Part shown: in pieces, positions 1 through 8,885 of the stretch | Layout of the letters: every line of letters starts with the position of its first letter | Position numbering within the stretch: position 1 is the stretch's first letter | Origin: an uncultured Acidobacteriota bacterium | GTDB lineage: Bacteria > Acidobacteriota > Thermoanaerobaculia > UBA5066 > Gp7-AA6 | DNA length: 64,000 nt | Direction: 5' to 3' | Assembly (NCBI GenBank): GCA_963837495.1 | Contig: CAWINF010000003.1 | Coordinates: 398,784 to 462,783, forward strand | The notes under the pieces: generated by a model | What the model was told of the DNA's origin: nothing | Databases searched by the model: none | The model's input: the letters and a program-made list of their open reading frames with translations, nothing else | Translations under genes and position numbers: made by a program

Positions 1-864
1 GTGGACCACGAACCTCGGATCGGCCGTCCAGGCGAAGTCGTGGACGTTCTCGGCGACGTAGCGGTAGGTCGCGACGTTCCCCTTTTTCGACTCGGAGACG
101 CGCTTTCCCGTCGCGCCCACGACGAAGGAGGCCGGCACGGAAAGCGTCACGTCGTAGCGCCCGAAGTCGGCGTAGAACTCGGAGTTGGCGTGGAAGGAGT
201 GGCAATTCCAGCCTCCCATCGCTCGTCCCCGCATCCCGGCCGGCTCGTAGACGCCGGTCTTGGGGAACCACTGGCCGGCGAGATGGAAGTCGCGCACGTA
301 GCCCGTGCGCGCGAAGACCCTGGGCAACTTCGACCGGAAGGAGATCGAAAGCCTGACCTCCCCGTGCGGCGCAACCGGCGTGGCAAGCGGCACCGAGAGG
401 ACTGTCTCGTCGGTCCCCGGGCCGGGGAAGGGATAGCCGTCGGGTTGGAGGAACCTCGCCGAAGGCTTGAGGTCCTCTCCCGCCTCCGTCTTCATCGAGA
501 CGACGTCGATCCATCCCCAGTCCTCCGGTTTCGTGCCTGCCTTGTCGCCGCGAAGCCGGCCGCCCGACTCCCGCGCGAAGATCGAACGGTTGTTCTTGAA
601 GGCGTTCAAATACAGATGGAATCTCAGCTCCGAGACGGCATCGCCGGAGGGATTTCTCCAGATCAGGCTCTCGCGGCCCTGGATCTCGTGCGTCCTGGGA
701 TCGAGATTCGCTTCGAGGGTGTACTCCACAACCGGAGGCGAGACCGGCGTCGCGGCAAGGAGCGAAGGGGCGGACGGGCATGTGGCCAGGACCGCCGCCA
801 CGAGCCAGGCTGCCTTCTTCGAACCTGCCGATCCTCCCGCGCCGGGAAAACGAGATTTCTTCAA
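1..864 (-). CDS. Secreted lipoprotein, possibly the N-terminal beta-domain of an M1-family-like metallopeptidase. The C-terminal end of the gene lies beyond the window start.
   Basis: Reverse-strand translation shows strong GC3 bias and runs uninterrupted to position 1. The N-terminus is MKKSRFPGAGGSAGSKKAAWLVAAVLATC, a signal peptide with lipobox LATC. The segment FHANSEFYADFGRYDVTLSVPASF resembles the M1 aminopeptidase N-domain. The plus-strand ORF 1..966 is its antisense artefact. Start is taken as TTG at 864. Confidence 0.5.
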   Translation of the reverse strand, partial: MKKSRFPGAGGSAGSKKAAWLVAAVLATCPSAPSLLAATPVSPPVVEYTLEANLDPRTHEIQGRESLIWRNPSGDAVSELRFHLYLNAFKNNRSIFARESGGRLRGDKAGTKPEDWGWIDVVSMKTEAGEDLKPSARFLQPDGYPFPGPGTDETVLSVPLATPVAPHGEVRLSISFRSKLPRVFARTGYVRDFHLAGQWFPKTGVYEPAGMRGRAMGGWNCHSFHANSEFYADFGRYDVTLSVPASFVVGATGKRVSESKKGNVATYRYVAENVHDFAWTADPRFVVH

Positions 865-941
865 TGTTTCCAGATTCTCATTCAACGCAGAAGCCGCCGA
901 AGAGTTTCATCCTCGAACCGCCGAGTCAATACAATCCCGCC

Positions 942-1928
942 GTGTCCCGCCGCATCGCGTTCCTGACCGGAGGCACCGGTTTCGTCGGTGGCCACGTTCT
1001 CCGAGCGCTCTGCGCGCAAGGATGGGCGGTGCGCGCGCTCGTACGAACGATGCCGGACTTTCCGCCGGATCTTCCCGTCGAGACCGTGGCCGGGAACCTC
1101 TCGGAGGGGTCCGGTGAGATTCTCCGAGAAGCCCTGCGGGGCTGCGAAGCGATCGTGCACGTGGCGGGGCTGGTCAAGGCGCGCTCGCTCGAGGATTACC
1201 GGGAGGTCAACGTCGCCGGGACGCGGCGCCTCGTCGCCGCGGGAACGGACTCGGCGCGCGAAGCGCTGTTTCTGCTCGTCTCCAGTCAGGCCGCCGCCGG
1301 ACCGGTCCGCGACGGCCGGCCGGTCCGGGAAGACGATGCTCCGCGGCCCGTCTCCTGGTACGGCCTTTCCAAGCTCGAGGCGGAAGAGGAGGTCGCGCGC
1401 GGATGGCGGGGACCCTGGTTCGTCCTGCGGCCAGGAGTCATCTTTGGACCGCGAGATCGCGGTCTCCTGAGGCTCTTCGCGGCGGCTTCCCGAGGCTGGG
1501 TTCCCACGCCCGCGGCAAGGCGCAGGATCCAGATCATCCATTCTTCCCGCGCCGCCGCCGGCATCGCCCGGGCAGCCGCGCGTCCCGACCTGTCCGGCAA
1601 GAGGGGTTTTCTCTGCGACTCGGAACCAATCCGGGTCCGCGACCTCGCGGCGGCGATCGCTCGATTACCGGAGCGCCATGCCCGTCTCGTGCCGGTCCCC
1701 GATCTTCTGGTTCGACTTGCCGGAGCTGTCGAAACGCTCCGGGAGGCCGTCACCGGGCGTTCTCGCCCATTCAACGCGGACAAGGCGCGGGAGATCCTGG
1801 CCGGCGATTGGCTTTGCGAACCGGCTTTGATGCAGAAACATCTTGATCTGCCTCCTCCGTCTCCTCTGGAGGACACCCTGGCCGAGACGTGGAATTGGTA
1901 CAGACGACACCGGTGGCTCTCTTTGTAA
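942..1928 (+). CDS. NAD(P)-dependent epimerase/dehydratase family (SDR); candidate ceramide reductase CerR.
   Basis: N-terminal Rossmann motif (M)SRRIAFLTGGTGFVGGHV and a downstream YxxxK-type SDR region. The listed ORF starts at 780; the likely real start is GTG 942 (alternative ATG 864). It lies immediately upstream of an Spt homolog. Confidence 0.8.
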   Translation: MSRRIAFLTGGTGFVGGHVLRALCAQGWAVRALVRTMPDFPPDLPVETVAGNLSEGSGEILREALRGCEAIVHVAGLVKARSLEDYREVNVAGTRRLVAAGTDSAREALFLLVSSQAAAGPVRDGRPVREDDAPRPVSWYGLSKLEAEEEVARGWRGPWFVLRPGVIFGPRDRGLLRLFAAASRGWVPTPAARRRIQIIHSSRAAAGIARAAARPDLSGKRGFLCDSEPIRVRDLAAAIARLPERHARLVPVPDLLVRLAGAVETLREAVTGRSRPFNADKAREILAGDWLCEPALMQKHLDLPPPSPLEDTLAETWNWYRRHRWLSL

Positions 1929-1980
1929 AATTTGCTAAGATCCCGGGTCCAGGGCTCGACGCTAACTGCTGGGAGGACTG

Positions 1981-3219
1981 ATGAGCAAACCTGCTCCGGC
2001 GGCAAGACTCTTGGACGAAAGTCCAGTCCCTTTCTTCGACAAGTGTTACCGGTACGACGTGGCGGAACGGGTTCGCCAGGCGGGGGTTTATTCCTTCTTC
2101 CGGGTCATCGAGTCGGCCCAGGACCCCGAGGTCTCGATCGGAGGCCGCCGGCTCATCATGCTCGGGTCCAACAACTACCTCGGGCTGACCAACCATCCCC
2201 GGGTCAAGGAGGCAGCCATCGAAGCGATCCGCCGCTATGGCTCCGGGTGCGCGGGATCCCGCTTCCTGAACGGCACTCTCGACCTTCACGTGCTTCTGGA
2301 GGAGCGGCTCGCGGAGTTCACGCGCCAGGAGGCCGCGATCACGTTCGCGACCGGATTCCAGGTCAATCTGGGGGCGATCTCCTGCCTGGTCGGTAAGGGG
2401 GACACGGTCTATCTCGACAAGCAGGATCACGCCTGCATCATCGACGGGGCGCGCCTCTCCTTCGGCGAAGTCCGCAAGTTCCGCCACAACGATCCCGCCG
2501 ACCTGGGGCGTCAGATGCGGCAGGACGGCGCCAGGGGCCGCTTCATCGTGGTGGACGGGGTCTTCTCGATGGAGGGGGACATCGCGCCCCTTCCGGAGAT
2601 CCTGGCCGCGGCCCGCGCATCCGCCGCCGGAGTCATGGTGGACGATGCCCACGGCATCGGCGTGCTCGGACCGACCGGCCGCGGCACCTGCGAGCATTTC
2701 GGCGTGGAGGAGGAAGTGGACCTGATCATGGGCACCTTCTCCAAGTCTCTGGCTTCCGTGGGAGGGTTCATCTCCGGGGACGCCACCATCATCGACTACA
2801 TCAAGCACAAGGCCCGCACCATGATCTTCTCCGCCGCTCCTCCTCCCGCGTCCGTGGCCGCCGCGCTGGCGACCCTGGACATCATCGAGGAGGAGCCCGA
2901 ACGCCGCGCGCAGCTCTGGCAGAACACGCTCTTCTTCCGGGAAGGGTTGAAATCCCTCGGGCTGGACACCGGCAACTCGCAGACCCCCGTCGTTCCGATC
3001 GTCGTGGGAGAGGATGCCCTCGCGCTGGAGATGGTGCAGCGCCTCCACAAAGCCGGAGTCTTCGTCAACTGCGTCCTGTCGCCGGCCACGCCGCCCGGAC
3101 GCGCGCTCATCCGCACGTCGCTCATGGCCACGCACACCCGCGGGCAGCTCGCGCGCGCGCTCGAAGCGATCGAGAACGTCGGGCGGCAGGTCGGTCTCGT
3201 GCGGACCGTCGAGGTGTGA
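1981..3219 (+). CDS. spt: Serine palmitoyltransferase-like alpha-oxoamine synthase (PLP-dependent).
   Basis: Motifs FFRVIESAQD, GSNNYLGLT, GSGCAGSRFLNGTLD and the PLP-lysine motif GTFSKSLAS, plus a LIRTSLMATHT tail. These are recalled from Sphingomonas Spt; the similarity appears closer to Spt than to BioF/Kbl. Confidence 0.8.
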   Translation: MSKPAPAARLLDESPVPFFDKCYRYDVAERVRQAGVYSFFRVIESAQDPEVSIGGRRLIMLGSNNYLGLTNHPRVKEAAIEAIRRYGSGCAGSRFLNGTLDLHVLLEERLAEFTRQEAAITFATGFQVNLGAISCLVGKGDTVYLDKQDHACIIDGARLSFGEVRKFRHNDPADLGRQMRQDGARGRFIVVDGVFSMEGDIAPLPEILAAARASAAGVMVDDAHGIGVLGPTGRGTCEHFGVEEEVDLIMGTFSKSLASVGGFISGDATIIDYIKHKARTMIFSAAPPPASVAAALATLDIIEEEPERRAQLWQNTLFFREGLKSLGLDTGNSQTPVVPIVVGEDALALEMVQRLHKAGVFVNCVLSPATPPGRALIRTSLMATHTRGQLARALEAIENVGRQVGLVRTVEV

Positions 3220-3234
3220 GGGTCTCCTCCGCCG

Positions 3235-4390
3235 GATGACCTCGATCGAGCCGCTTTCACGGTCGAAGCGGGACCTCTCACGTTTCTTCGACGTCGCGGA
3301 TGGGATCTACCGGGGCGATCCCAACTGGGTTCCACCCTTGCGCGACGACCTCGCGAAGGCGTTCTCGGAGAAGAACCCGTTCTTCCGCCATGCGGAGATG
3401 CAGCTTTTCGTGGCGCGCCGCGGCGGGCAAGACGCGGGCAGGATCGCCGCGATCCTGGACCGCCACCACAACGACTTTCACGGGGAGAAGACGGGCTTCT
3501 TCGGGTTCTTCGAATCGCAGAACGACCGGAGCGTGTCGGACTCCCTCCTCGACGCCGCGGCCGGCTGGGCGCGCCATCGCGGCATGGAGACCCTGCGCGG
3601 ACCCGCGAACCCGAGCCTGAACGACGAGGCCGGCCTGCTCGTGGAGGGATTCGACAAGCCGCCCGTCCTGATGATGACCTACAACCCGCGATACTACGTT
3701 GACCTGATCGAGGCGGCGGGGTTTCGAAAAGCGAAGGACCTCCTCGCCTACTGGTTCGAGATCGGGCCGGAGCCGCTCGCGCGCTTCGCCCGAATCAACG
3801 AACGCTTCCGCAAGCGCGCGGCCGACATCGAAGTCCGCAAAGTCTCCAAGCGGAGCCTGATGGCGGATCTCCCGAAAATCCGGGAGGTCTACAACGACGC
3901 CTGGGAGAAGAACTGGGGCTTCGTGCCGATGACCTCAGAGGAGATGGATTTCATGGCCGCCCGGTTGAAGCCGCTCCTCGACGAGAACTTCCTCTTCCTC
4001 GGCGAGACAAGAAGATCCGACGGATCTCTCGAGCCGATCGCCTTCATGCTCTCCCTGCCCGACTACAACGCCGCCATCCAGCCGCTCGGCGGAAGGCTTC
4101 TGCCTTTCGGCTGGCTGAAGTTCCTCCTGGGACTGAAGAGGATCAAGACACTCCGCGTGGTCACGCTCGGCTTGAAGAAGGACTTCCGCATGCGCGGCAT
4201 CCAGTCCCTCATGTTCGAAGAAGGCCTCAGGGCCGCGCTCAAGCGCGGCCTCACCGGCTGCGAGGTCTCCTGGATGCTCGAGGACAACGACCTCGTGCTG
4301 CGGTCCGTCCGCCTGTGGGGCGGGAAACACTACAAGACCTACCGCATGTACGACCGGCCTCTCGAATCACTCCGCGTGAATCGGTCGTAG
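3235..4390 (+). CDS. GNAT-fold N-acyltransferase (~385 aa); candidate bacterial ceramide synthase (bCerS).
   Basis: ATG at 3235 lies 15 nt after the spt stop. The protein has an acyltransferase-like core (YNDAWEKNWGFVPMTSEEMDF...). Assignment rests on synteny with spt and the SDR gene. Confidence 0.65.
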
Positions 4391-5223
4391 AGGCGGTCTC
4401 CCAGGGGGACCGTCACCACGGCGAGGAGCGCGCCCGCGATCACGTCCACGACGTAGTGGTACCGGCAATAGACCGTCGAGAGGACGAGGCAGACCGCAAT
4501 GGGGAGCAGCCACCAGAAGGCGTCGCGCGCGCGCTGAAAGGCCGCGAGGAGTACCACCACGGCGATCATCGTGTGCCCGGAGGGGAAGACGTCGAACTTC
4601 GTTTTCTCCAGCTCATCGAGCGTCGAAGAGATGGCGAGGGAGACGCCGGTCGTCGTGAGCGGCACCGCGTGTCGGGAGGCCAGGGCAACGCGCGGGCCGA
4701 GAGCAGGCAACGCGAAGTATCCGGCGTAGGAAACGACATACGCCAGGGTGAGCGTGAAAATGAAGCGGCGCGCCGCGGGGCGGCTTCTCCTCCAGAGGAC
4801 GACGCCCAGCGCGATCGCGATGAAGTAGTAGGTCAGGTAAGCGACGAAGAAGAAGTCCGTCAAGACGGGACTCACGAAACGCTGAAGCTCGATCGTCGGG
4901 TCCGCGTGGAAGAGCCAGCGGTCCGCCGCGATCAAGAGGTCGTCCCGCGCGCGGGGGCGCGCCGCGGCAATCAGGGGTCCGAGGTTCTCGTAGAGGATGG
5001 GCACGAACGCGATCGGGTAGAAGTTGACGAGCACGCGAAGCGCCGGAGGGAGCCGATCCTCCCTCCGAGCGGCGGCCATCACGATCAGGACGCCCGCCGC
5101 CATGAGGGCGTAGCGCGTCAGGATTCCGGCCGGGTCGGCGACGCGGCCGTCCAGCCACAGCGCGAGCCCGGAAAGGAGGGCCAGAGTCAACAGATTCAGT
5201 GCTTCGAGGGGGCGCGGCTTCAC
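4339..5223 (-). CDS. PAP2-superfamily membrane phosphatase/transferase.
   Basis: Multiple TM segments; PAP2 motifs KxxxxxxRP-like, PSGHT and YCRYHYVVDV. Convergent with the GNAT gene, with a 52-nt 3' overlap. Confidence 0.8.
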   Translation of the reverse strand: MKPRPLEALNLLTLALLSGLALWLDGRVADPAGILTRYALMAAGVLIVMAAARREDRLPPALRVLVNFYPIAFVPILYENLGPLIAAARPRARDDLLIAADRWLFHADPTIELQRFVSPVLTDFFFVAYLTYYFIAIALGVVLWRRSRPAARRFIFTLTLAYVVSYAGYFALPALGPRVALASRHAVPLTTTGVSLAISSTLDELEKTKFDVFPSGHTMIAVVVLLAAFQRARDAFWWLLPIAVCLVLSTVYCRYHYVVDVIAGALLAVVTVPLGDRLYDRFTRSDSRGRSYMR

Positions 5224-5294
5224 GCCGGCATTTATAGCGCGAATCGGGCGGCGCCCCGGCCGGCGGCCCCTGGCGCGATAGAATCGCGGTATTC

Positions 5295-6617
5295 ATGAAG
5301 GCAGCGAAAGCGTCTCTCTTTCTTCCGGCGCTCGCGGGCTGCCTTCTTCTTGCCGGCGCCGCGACGGGGGCGGCGAGCGCCGCTCGCGCCCCCCTCGTCG
5401 TCCTTGGCCGCATCGATACCCCGATCCACCCCGCCGCCGCCAACTACCTGAACAAGCTGATCAAGGGCGCGGAGAAGAACGGCGCCGAGCTCGTCGTGGT
5501 GGGCATCTCGACGCCCGGCGGGCTCCTGACCTCGACCCGCGAGATGGTCTCGGCGATTCTTCTCTCCAGCGTCCCGGTCGCGACGTTCGTGTCGCCGTCC
5601 GGCGCTTCCGCCGCCTCGGCGGGTTTCTTCCTGCTGGAGTCGGGGGACGTCGCGGCGATGGCTCCCGGGACGAACTCGGGGGCCGCGCACCCGGTGGCCG
5701 GAGAAGGCCAGGACCTGCCCAAGACCTTGAACGAGAAGGCGGAGCAGGATGCGCGGGCCTTCATCCGGAGTCTCGCGCGTCAGCGGGGGAGAAACGCCGA
5801 TGCGGCCGAGTCCGCGGTCACGTCCAGCAAGTCCTTCACGGAAACGGAGGCGAAGGGGTCGAACCTCATCGAGGTCGTCGCCCGCGACGTGCCGGACCTG
5901 TTGAACCAGCTCGACGGGCGGACGATCCAGCGCGTCGGCGAGAAGCAAACGACCCTTCACTTGAAGGGCTACCGTCTCGAGACCCGGGAGATGAGCGGGC
6001 TCGAGAAGGTCCTGGGCGTCGTCTCCCACCCCAACGTCGCCTACATTCTCTTCCTGCTCGGGCTCGTGGGCCTCTACTTCGAGATGTCGAGCCCCGGCGC
6101 GGTGCTGCCGGGCGTCGTGGGCGGAATCTCGCTGCTTCTGGCGCTCTACGCGTTCTCGGTTCTTCCCGTCAACCTCGCCGGGCTGGCCCTGATCCTCTTC
6201 GCCGTGCTGCTCTTCATCGCCGAGGTCAAGGCGGCGAGCCACGGCGTTCTGGCCGTCGGCGGGGCGATCGCGCTGGTGGCGGGATCCCTCCTGCTCTTCT
6301 CGGGACGCGGGGACCAGGGCTACCAAGTGGACCTCTCCATCATCCTGCCGGGCGTCGCGTTGACGCTGGCCGTCGTGGGATTCCTGACGTTTCGGACGAT
6401 CTCGCTGCGGCGAATGCCCGTGAGGACAGGGGTGTCCGGCCTGCTCGGGAAGAACGCGCGGGTGGTGCGGTCCGCCGCCGAGCCGGACTCCCCGGGCACG
6501 GTGCTCCTCGAAGGAGAATACTGGGACGCCTATGGAGCCCCCGGCGCCGCCCCGGGCGATACGGTCCGCGTGGTCGGCATGGAAGGGTTGAAACTTCGAG
6601 TTGAACGGAGGACGTGA
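5295..6617 (+). CDS. NfeD-family membrane-bound serine protease (ClpP-like N-domain plus C-terminal OB domain).
   Basis: Signal peptide, ClpP-like region GISTPGG, TM block and a C-terminal beta-barrel tail. Its stop overlaps the start of the SPFH gene (ATGA). Confidence 0.85.
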   Translation: MKAAKASLFLPALAGCLLLAGAATGAASAARAPLVVLGRIDTPIHPAAANYLNKLIKGAEKNGAELVVVGISTPGGLLTSTREMVSAILLSSVPVATFVSPSGASAASAGFFLLESGDVAAMAPGTNSGAAHPVAGEGQDLPKTLNEKAEQDARAFIRSLARQRGRNADAAESAVTSSKSFTETEAKGSNLIEVVARDVPDLLNQLDGRTIQRVGEKQTTLHLKGYRLETREMSGLEKVLGVVSHPNVAYILFLLGLVGLYFEMSSPGAVLPGVVGGISLLLALYAFSVLPVNLAGLALILFAVLLFIAEVKAASHGVLAVGGAIALVAGSLLLFSGRGDQGYQVDLSIILPGVALTLAVVGFLTFRTISLRRMPVRTGVSGLLGKNARVVRSAAEPDSPGTVLLEGEYWDAYGAPGAAPGDTVRVVGMEGLKLRVERRT

Positions 6618-7375
6618 TGCCGCAGGCTCTTCCCGGTTTCGTCTTTGCCGCCCTGGTCCTGCTCCTCTTCCTTTTCAAGTGGATCAACATCCTGAAGGAG
6701 TATGAGCGCGCCGTGACGTTCTGGCTCGGGCGGCTTTCGAAGCAGCCCAAGGGACCGGGTCTCGTCTTGATCTTCTGGCCGGTCGAGACGATGGTCCGGA
6801 TGTCCCTTCGCACGATCGTCCACGACGTGCCGTCGCAGGACATCATCACGAAGGACAACGTCTCGGTGAAGGTGAACGCGGTCGTCTATTTCCGCGTGGT
6901 CCAGCCGGACAAAGCGGTGGTCCAGGTGGAGAACTATCTCTACGCCACCTCGCAGCTCGCCCAGACGACCCTTCGCAGCGTGCTCGGCCAGGCCACGCTG
7001 GACGAGCTTCTGTCGGAGCGGGACAAGCTGAACCTCTCCCTCCAGCAGGTCATCGACGAGCACACGGAACCCTGGGGCATCAAGGTTTCGCTCGTCGAAG
7101 TCAAGCAGGTGGATCTGCCCCCGGAGATGCAGCGCGCGATGGCCAGGCAGGCGGAGGCAGAGCGCGAGAAGCGGGCCAAGATCATCCACGCCGAAGGAGA
7201 GGCCCAGGCGGCCGAGAAGCTCTCCGAGGCGGCCGCGATCATCGGCCGCGAACCGGCCACTCTGCAGCTGCGGTACCTCCAGACGCTCACGGAGCTAGCG
7301 AGCGAGAAGAACTCGACCATCGTCTTCCCGCTGCCGATCGACCTGTTGAAGGCCTTCCTGCCGAAGGACAAGTAG
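6614..7375 (+). CDS. SPFH/band-7 (stomatin-like) protein.
   Basis: N-terminal TM, then a canonical band-7 core ([33 protein letters not shown], coiled-coil [11 protein letters not shown]). Classic nfeD-stomatin operon. Confidence 0.9.
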   Translation: MMPQALPGFVFAALVLLLFLFKWINILKEYERAVTFWLGRLSKQPKGPGLVLIFWPVETMVRMSLRTIVHDVPSQDIITKDNVSVKVNAVVYFRVVQPDKAVVQVENYLYATSQLAQTTLRSVLGQATLDELLSERDKLNLSLQQVIDEHTEPWGIKVSLVEVKQVDLPPEMQRAMARQAEAEREKRAKIIHAEGEAQAAEKLSEAAAIIGREPATLQLRYLQTLTELASEKNSTIVFPLPIDLLKAFLPKDK

Positions 7376-7380
7376 CCCGC

Positions 7381-7992
7381 GTGTCCGAGCCCCGCACTCA
7401 CTACCAGGTCTCCTTCACTTCGCGGCAGGCCGTGCTTCTCTTCGTCCTGGTCCTGGCCGCCCTGACAGGGGCTTTTTTCCTGGGACTCCTGACGGGGCTC
7501 TCGGGGCGCCCCCCGGCGCCAGCCGCGGCGGTTTCCGCGCCGACGCCTCTTCCCACGGCGCTGGCCGCCGTGAAGGCCAATCCGCCGGCCACCGAGCCGC
7601 CGGCCGCACAGGATCAGACTCCGCCGCCCGCCGTGGCCGCCCGGGAACCCGGGAGGACGGAAGGGCTCCAGTTCTTCGAGGACCGCCCGGCGGAACCGAC
7701 GGCCGCACCGGCGCCTTCGTCGGCGAAAGCCCCGGCTCCGGCGAAAGCCGCCGGGGGCTTCTGGGTTCAGATCCTGTCCACGAGATCGGAACGCGAGGCG
7801 AAGTCTCACCGGACGAGCCTCTCCGCGCATGGTTATCGAGCGATCGTCGAGCCCTCGCGCGCCACCGGCGGTCCGATCGTTTACCGGGTACGCGTGGGTC
7901 CCTTCGCGTCGCGCGAGGAGGCTTCGAAGGCCGCGCGAACGCTCGAGCGAAAGGAGAAAGCGAAGCCGTGGATCGTTCCGCCGGGAGAATAG
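7381..7992 (+). CDS. SPOR-domain (septal peptidoglycan-binding) protein.
   Basis: TM anchor, Pro/Ala-rich linker and a C-terminal SPOR domain (FWVQILSTRSEREAKSHRTSLSAHGYRAIVEP...YRVRVGPFASREEASKA). GTG start. Confidence 0.75.
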   Translation: MSEPRTHYQVSFTSRQAVLLFVLVLAALTGAFFLGLLTGLSGRPPAPAAAVSAPTPLPTALAAVKANPPATEPPAAQDQTPPPAVAAREPGRTEGLQFFEDRPAEPTAAPAPSSAKAPAPAKAAGGFWVQILSTRSEREAKSHRTSLSAHGYRAIVEPSRATGGPIVYRVRVGPFASREEASKAARTLERKEKAKPWIVPPGE

Positions 7993-8885
7993 GCACGCTC
8001 CCCATCCGCGCCCCGGAATGGATCCGCGAAAAGCGCCTGCGCCTGGCCGACCTCCACGAGGTCAAGCGCGTGATGCGCGCCGGCTATCTCCACACGGTCT
8101 GCGAGGAGGCGCGATGCCCCAACCGTGGAGAGTGTTTCGTCCGCGGGACCGCGACGTTCCTCCTGCTCGGCGACATCTGCACGAGGGCCTGCGGCTTCTG
8201 CGACATCGCCACGGGACGGCCCCGCCCCGTGGACCCGCTGGAGCCGGCCAGGGTGGCGGCGGCGGCGAGCCGGATGAGCCTGAAGTTCGTCGTCGTGACG
8301 TCGGTGGACCGCGACGACCTGCCTGACGGAGGCGCCGCCCACTTCGCCGGGACGATCCGGGCGCTGCGCGACCTCTCGCCGGTTCCCGGAATCGAGGTGC
8401 TCACGCCCGATTTCCGCGGCCGGCTCGATTCCGTGCGGACCGTCGTCGAAGCGGGGCCCGACGTCTTCAACCACAACGTCGAGACCGTTCCGCGTCTCTA
8501 TTCCCGGGCGCGCCGCGGCTCGAAGCTCGAACGCTCGCTCGCGGTCCTCGCCGAAGCGAAAAGGCTCGACCCGCGGATGACGACGAAGTCGGGCTTGATG
8601 GTGGGTCTGGGAGAGACGGAGCAGGAAGTGCTCGATCTGCTCGGCGGCCTCCGAGCGTCCCAGGTGGAGATCGTCACGATCGGCCAGTACCTGCGCCCCT
8701 CGCGCCAGAACCTGCCCGTCGAGGAGTACGTCGCCCCGGAGATGTTCGACCGCTACCGCGAAGCGGGGGAGAGGATGGGCTTCCGCCATGTCTTCTCCGG
8801 TCCCTTCGTGCGCTCCTCCTATCGCGCCGAAGAAGCCCTCGCCGCCGCCTCTTCTCCCTCTCCCTCCGGGAGAGGGTCGGGGTGA
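7968..8885 (+). CDS. lipA: Lipoyl synthase.
   Basis: Radical-SAM and auxiliary cluster motifs CEEARCPNRGEC and CTRACGFC; aligns with E. coli LipA (RAPEWI..LHTVCEE). Confidence 0.9.
   Translation: MDRSAGRIGTLPIRAPEWIREKRLRLADLHEVKRVMRAGYLHTVCEEARCPNRGECFVRGTATFLLLGDICTRACGFCDIATGRPRPVDPLEPARVAAAASRMSLKFVVVTSVDRDDLPDGGAAHFAGTIRALRDLSPVPGIEVLTPDFRGRLDSVRTVVEAGPDVFNHNVETVPRLYSRARRGSKLERSLAVLAEAKRLDPRMTTKSGLMVGLGETEQEVLDLLGGLRASQVEIVTIGQYLRPSRQNLPVEEYVAPEMFDRYREAGERMGFRHVFSGPFVRSSYRAEEALAAASSPSPSGRGSG

Noticed and set aside
1-966. 321-aa plus-strand ORF at the window start
   Set aside because: It is Arg/Asp/Gly-rich with reversed GC3 bias. It is the antisense of the real minus-strand lipoprotein/peptidase-like gene.
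3014-3234. Upstream extension of the GNAT ORF
   Set aside because: The extension overlaps the spt coding region in another frame. A clean ATG at 3235 lies just after the spt stop.
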